DNA of 64,000 bases from the NCBI GenBank assembly GCA_044347345.1, contig JBIKUX010000013.1:14747-78746 (forward strand), in the 5' to 3' direction. Shown piece after piece: positions 61,229 through 64,000 of this stretch. A program made the translations under genes and the position numbers. This stretch comes from Bdellovibrionota bacterium (GTDB taxonomy: Bacteria; Bdellovibrionota_C; UBA2361; JBIKUX01). Under the pieces are notes generated by a model, which saw only the letters and a program-made list of their open reading frames with translations, was not told the DNA's origin and searched no databases. Position 1 is the first letter of the stretch, and each line of letters opens with the position of its first letter.

Positions 61229-62155
61229 ATGGCAGCACAACATAATTTTCTTCCAATAGCGTTTTTAAAAGGGGAATATATTCCCTTTGAATCAGCAAAA
61301 GTTTCTATCGCCATGCATTCCCTACATTATGCGACAGCAGCCTTTGGTGGCCTTAGGGTGATTCCTGATCCATCTGAGCCAAATACCATGCTTTTTTTTC
61401 GATTGGATCGTCATGCGGAGAGGCTGTCACAGAGTGCGAAATTGCTTCACTATGACCTTGCTCCAGAACGAATTAGGGAAGTGCTAGAAGAAATAGTCAA
61501 AAGGAATAAATTACCCAAGTCGCTCTACTTAAGGCCTCTTGTACACTGCTCAAGTCTTGGTATTAGCCCAAGACTTCACGATATTGAAAAAGATTTTTTA
61601 GTCTATGGCCTAGAGTTAGGTGATTATCTATCGCCTTCTGGAGTGTCATGTCGCATTTCATCATGGGTTAGACAAGAAGACAGAAGTCTGCCATTAAGAG
61701 GCAAGATTACCAGTGCATACGTTACGTCATCACTTGCTAAAACTGAGGCTTATGAAAGTGGCTTTGATGAAGCAATACTAATGAATACTCAGGGCAAGGT
61801 AAGTGAAGCTTCTGCCATGAATATCTTCATTGTGCGACGAGATGAACTTATAACTCCTGGACCTGATCAAGATATTCTCGAGGGAATTACTCGTGATTCG
61901 GTGATGACTTTAGCAAGAGAACAAGGAATAAAGGTAACCGAGCGTGCTGTGGACAAATCTGAGTTGTTTATTGCAGATGAGGTTTTTTTAACTGGAACGG
62001 CTGCGCGCATCACACCGGTTAATCGCATAGAGGGTTATTCATTAAAAAGTGAGCGTCCTGTTACTAGTCGTCTATTGACTGAACTAGTTGCAGCTACTGA
62101 AGGAAGATCCTCTAAATATGAGAACTGGATCACTCGCTGTTGTATTAGTAATTAA
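61229..62155 (+). CDS. ilvE: Branched-chain amino acid aminotransferase
   Basis: LHY, FRLDRH..RL, GFDEAI, NIF, ILEGITR, EVFLTGTAA. Confidence 0.92.
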   Translation: MAAQHNFLPIAFLKGEYIPFESAKVSIAMHSLHYATAAFGGLRVIPDPSEPNTMLFFRLDRHAERLSQSAKLLHYDLAPERIREVLEEIVKRNKLPKSLYLRPLVHCSSLGISPRLHDIEKDFLVYGLELGDYLSPSGVSCRISSWVRQEDRSLPLRGKITSAYVTSSLAKTEAYESGFDEAILMNTQGKVSEASAMNIFIVRRDELITPGPDQDILEGITRDSVMTLAREQGIKVTERAVDKSELFIADEVFLTGTAARITPVNRIEGYSLKSERPVTSRLLTELVAATEGRSSKYENWITRCCISN

Positions 62156-62182
62156 GTTAAATATCTTTTAAGGCACAAGGAT

Positions 62183-62716
62183 ATGGTCAGTCGTTCTTAT
62201 ATAAACGATATTTTTAAAAAAATTACCGAACGCTATGAAAATCCAGTGCCCATAGGTGGGCGATGTGAGAGCTCAGTCTATTATAGGGTAGAAGACCTTA
62301 CTGAGGACGACCTTAATGAGTGTGCTCGTTATGTTGCATTTAGGATCGATGAACTAATGGCTCCATTAGGCCCTGAACTGTTTTTAAAACTTCCTGGCGG
62401 TTTTAGTTTTTTTGCTGAGCGACTTTGCGCTATTTTCACTGAAATAAGTAATGCAAAGTCAGAAATTCCGTTGGAATACTACATTGAGGCCAAGCTTTCA
62501 AATGGTCATGGTGAAAAATATAAGGGCAAGAGAGCTGTGTTAGTGACTGATGTAATCACAACTGCTCGGTCTAGTTTAGAGGCTCATACGAAGGCAACCC
62601 TCCGTGGCATTAACGTTTTGTGTTGGGCGACTCTTATTGACAGAACATTTGGTCCTGGTCCTGTGCCTGTGACTTCTGCTTTTACCGGGGAGCCGGTGCG
62701 TATGTTAGTTCTTTAG
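62183..62716 (+). CDS. Type I phosphoribosyltransferase-like protein
   Basis: VLVTDVITTARS resembles the PRPP loop; LIDR as in PyrE. Confidence 0.55.
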   Translation: MVSRSYINDIFKKITERYENPVPIGGRCESSVYYRVEDLTEDDLNECARYVAFRIDELMAPLGPELFLKLPGGFSFFAERLCAIFTEISNAKSEIPLEYYIEAKLSNGHGEKYKGKRAVLVTDVITTARSSLEAHTKATLRGINVLCWATLIDRTFGPGPVPVTSAFTGEPVRMLVL

Positions 62717-62761
62717 GTGTTGAATTGTTTTATTTTTGAAATTTTTCTAAATCTAATTAAT

Positions 62762-63724
62762 TTACACAACAGCTTTGCTTATTATCAAATCGCCTACGTT
62801 GGCATCTAAGGTGCCACGTCCTCCAAAAGGAATAGTAGCATTCATTTCAACATGTCCAAAGGGTAGACCGATAACCATGGGAACTTTTAATGGTGCAAGT
62901 CTTTCGATAACTACATCGCGAGCAGTTTGACGATACTCATTAGTTGTTTCGGCTACAGGATCGATACAATTAGAAAGGAGGCCAATTGCAATTCCTTTTA
63001 CTCCAGCAAACGCACCACTCATTAAAAGTTGAGTAAGCAGTCGATCTATTCTATAAGGCGCCTCACCCACCTCCTCAATATACACTATACTCCCCCCAAA
63101 CTTCGGCTGGTACATGGTACCTTGCAAAGCTGCGAGTAACGAAAGGTTGCCACCTATTAGAGATGCTGAAACTATTCCCGGAACGATAACCTCAACGCTC
63201 TGATTTTTCTCATTATACCCCTCACAGAGAGAAAATTCGTCATCTACTCCCATAAGAACTGAAAAACACGCATTAAGAGCAAATTCATTATAAGATCCGG
63301 CTAAAGCACTTAGCACTGGACCGTGGAATGTAATGAGTTTAGTAGCTTGATAGATGGCAACATGTAGTGCTGTTAAATCGCTAAAGCCCAAAAAAGCCTT
63401 AGGATTTTGCCGAAATAAGTCAAAAGATAGCAGAGGCAAAATTCTCATAGAGCCGTAACCTCCACGAACAGCCATAATAAGATCAACTTCTGGATCGACA
63501 ATCATTCTCATAAGATCTTGCGCACGCGCAGAATCGTTACCTGCTAAAAAACCATTCCTATCACGCGCATTAATCCCTAATTTTACAACGAATCCGAGAG
63601 ATTGTAGAAATTGAATACCCTCATCGATCTTCTCTGCACGTAAGGGCGGTCCTGCTGGACTCACTAAACCAATCGTTGCACCTTCAACCAAACACTTCGG
63701 CTTAATAGATTTCCTACTCCTCAT
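62762..63724 (-). CDS. ldcA: LD-carboxypeptidase (peptidase S66)
   Basis: RGGYGS, GFSDLT, HGP, GGNL, EEVGE, FGH. Confidence 0.92.
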   Translation of the reverse strand: MRSRKSIKPKCLVEGATIGLVSPAGPPLRAEKIDEGIQFLQSLGFVVKLGINARDRNGFLAGNDSARAQDLMRMIVDPEVDLIMAVRGGYGSMRILPLLSFDLFRQNPKAFLGFSDLTALHVAIYQATKLITFHGPVLSALAGSYNEFALNACFSVLMGVDDEFSLCEGYNEKNQSVEVIVPGIVSASLIGGNLSLLAALQGTMYQPKFGGSIVYIEEVGEAPYRIDRLLTQLLMSGAFAGVKGIAIGLLSNCIDPVAETTNEYRQTARDVVIERLAPLKVPMVIGLPFGHVEMNATIPFGGRGTLDANVGDLIISKAVV

Positions 63725-64000
63725 CCCTCCCTCTGGCTCTTTTGGAATCCTTTCCTCTGGAACAACCTAAAATAGTAGGTAGGGTAAGTGAAAATAACTC
63801 TAACGGGAATCAAAATACTTCTAAATGAGATTAGAAAAGTAAAAATAGAAGAAAGAAGCAATCGCTTAGATTATTTTTAAGCTCTTTTTAGTCACTATTT
63901 AATGTCTTATCTTATAAATAAGTACACCTATCCCATAGTTTTAAAATCTCTTACTACAGTTTTTTTATTAAAAGCAAGCTAATTGACAAGTCTTTGGTGG

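Overview
AT-rich bacterial chromosomal window from a diderm, probably deltaproteobacteria/Bdellovibrionota-like organism (taxonomy inferred from gene style only). It is mostly housekeeping and metabolic genes: hflX, leuS, a tRNA nucleotidyltransferase, tRNA-Asp, a free-standing tRNA-Ile/tRNA-Ala pair, a SAM-I riboswitch with a trans-sulfuration enzyme, argJBDFR with tandem ARG boxes, psd, prpBCD, a TPP riboswitch with a TonB receptor and PnuC-type transporter, a desaturase, icd, ilvE and an LD-carboxypeptidase. A flagellar basal-body cluster (flgBC-fliEF-fliHIJ-motE-like) lacks fliG, and two of its genes are preceded by sigma54-like boxes carrying AG instead of GG at -24. A visibly more GC-rich, decaying defence island (~47.1-57.2 kb) holds AbiE remnants, an excisionase-like HTH, a type 1 BREX locus with an internal brxB-to-pglX deletion, RhuM, and pseudogenised Mrr, OLD-like ATPase and integrase. 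A probable scar of a second integrated element lies at the tRNA-Asp 3' end. The most intriguing items are an intact DinB homologue with lost catalytic aspartates but a retained clamp-binding motif, and the FliG-less flagellar module with non-canonical promoters.
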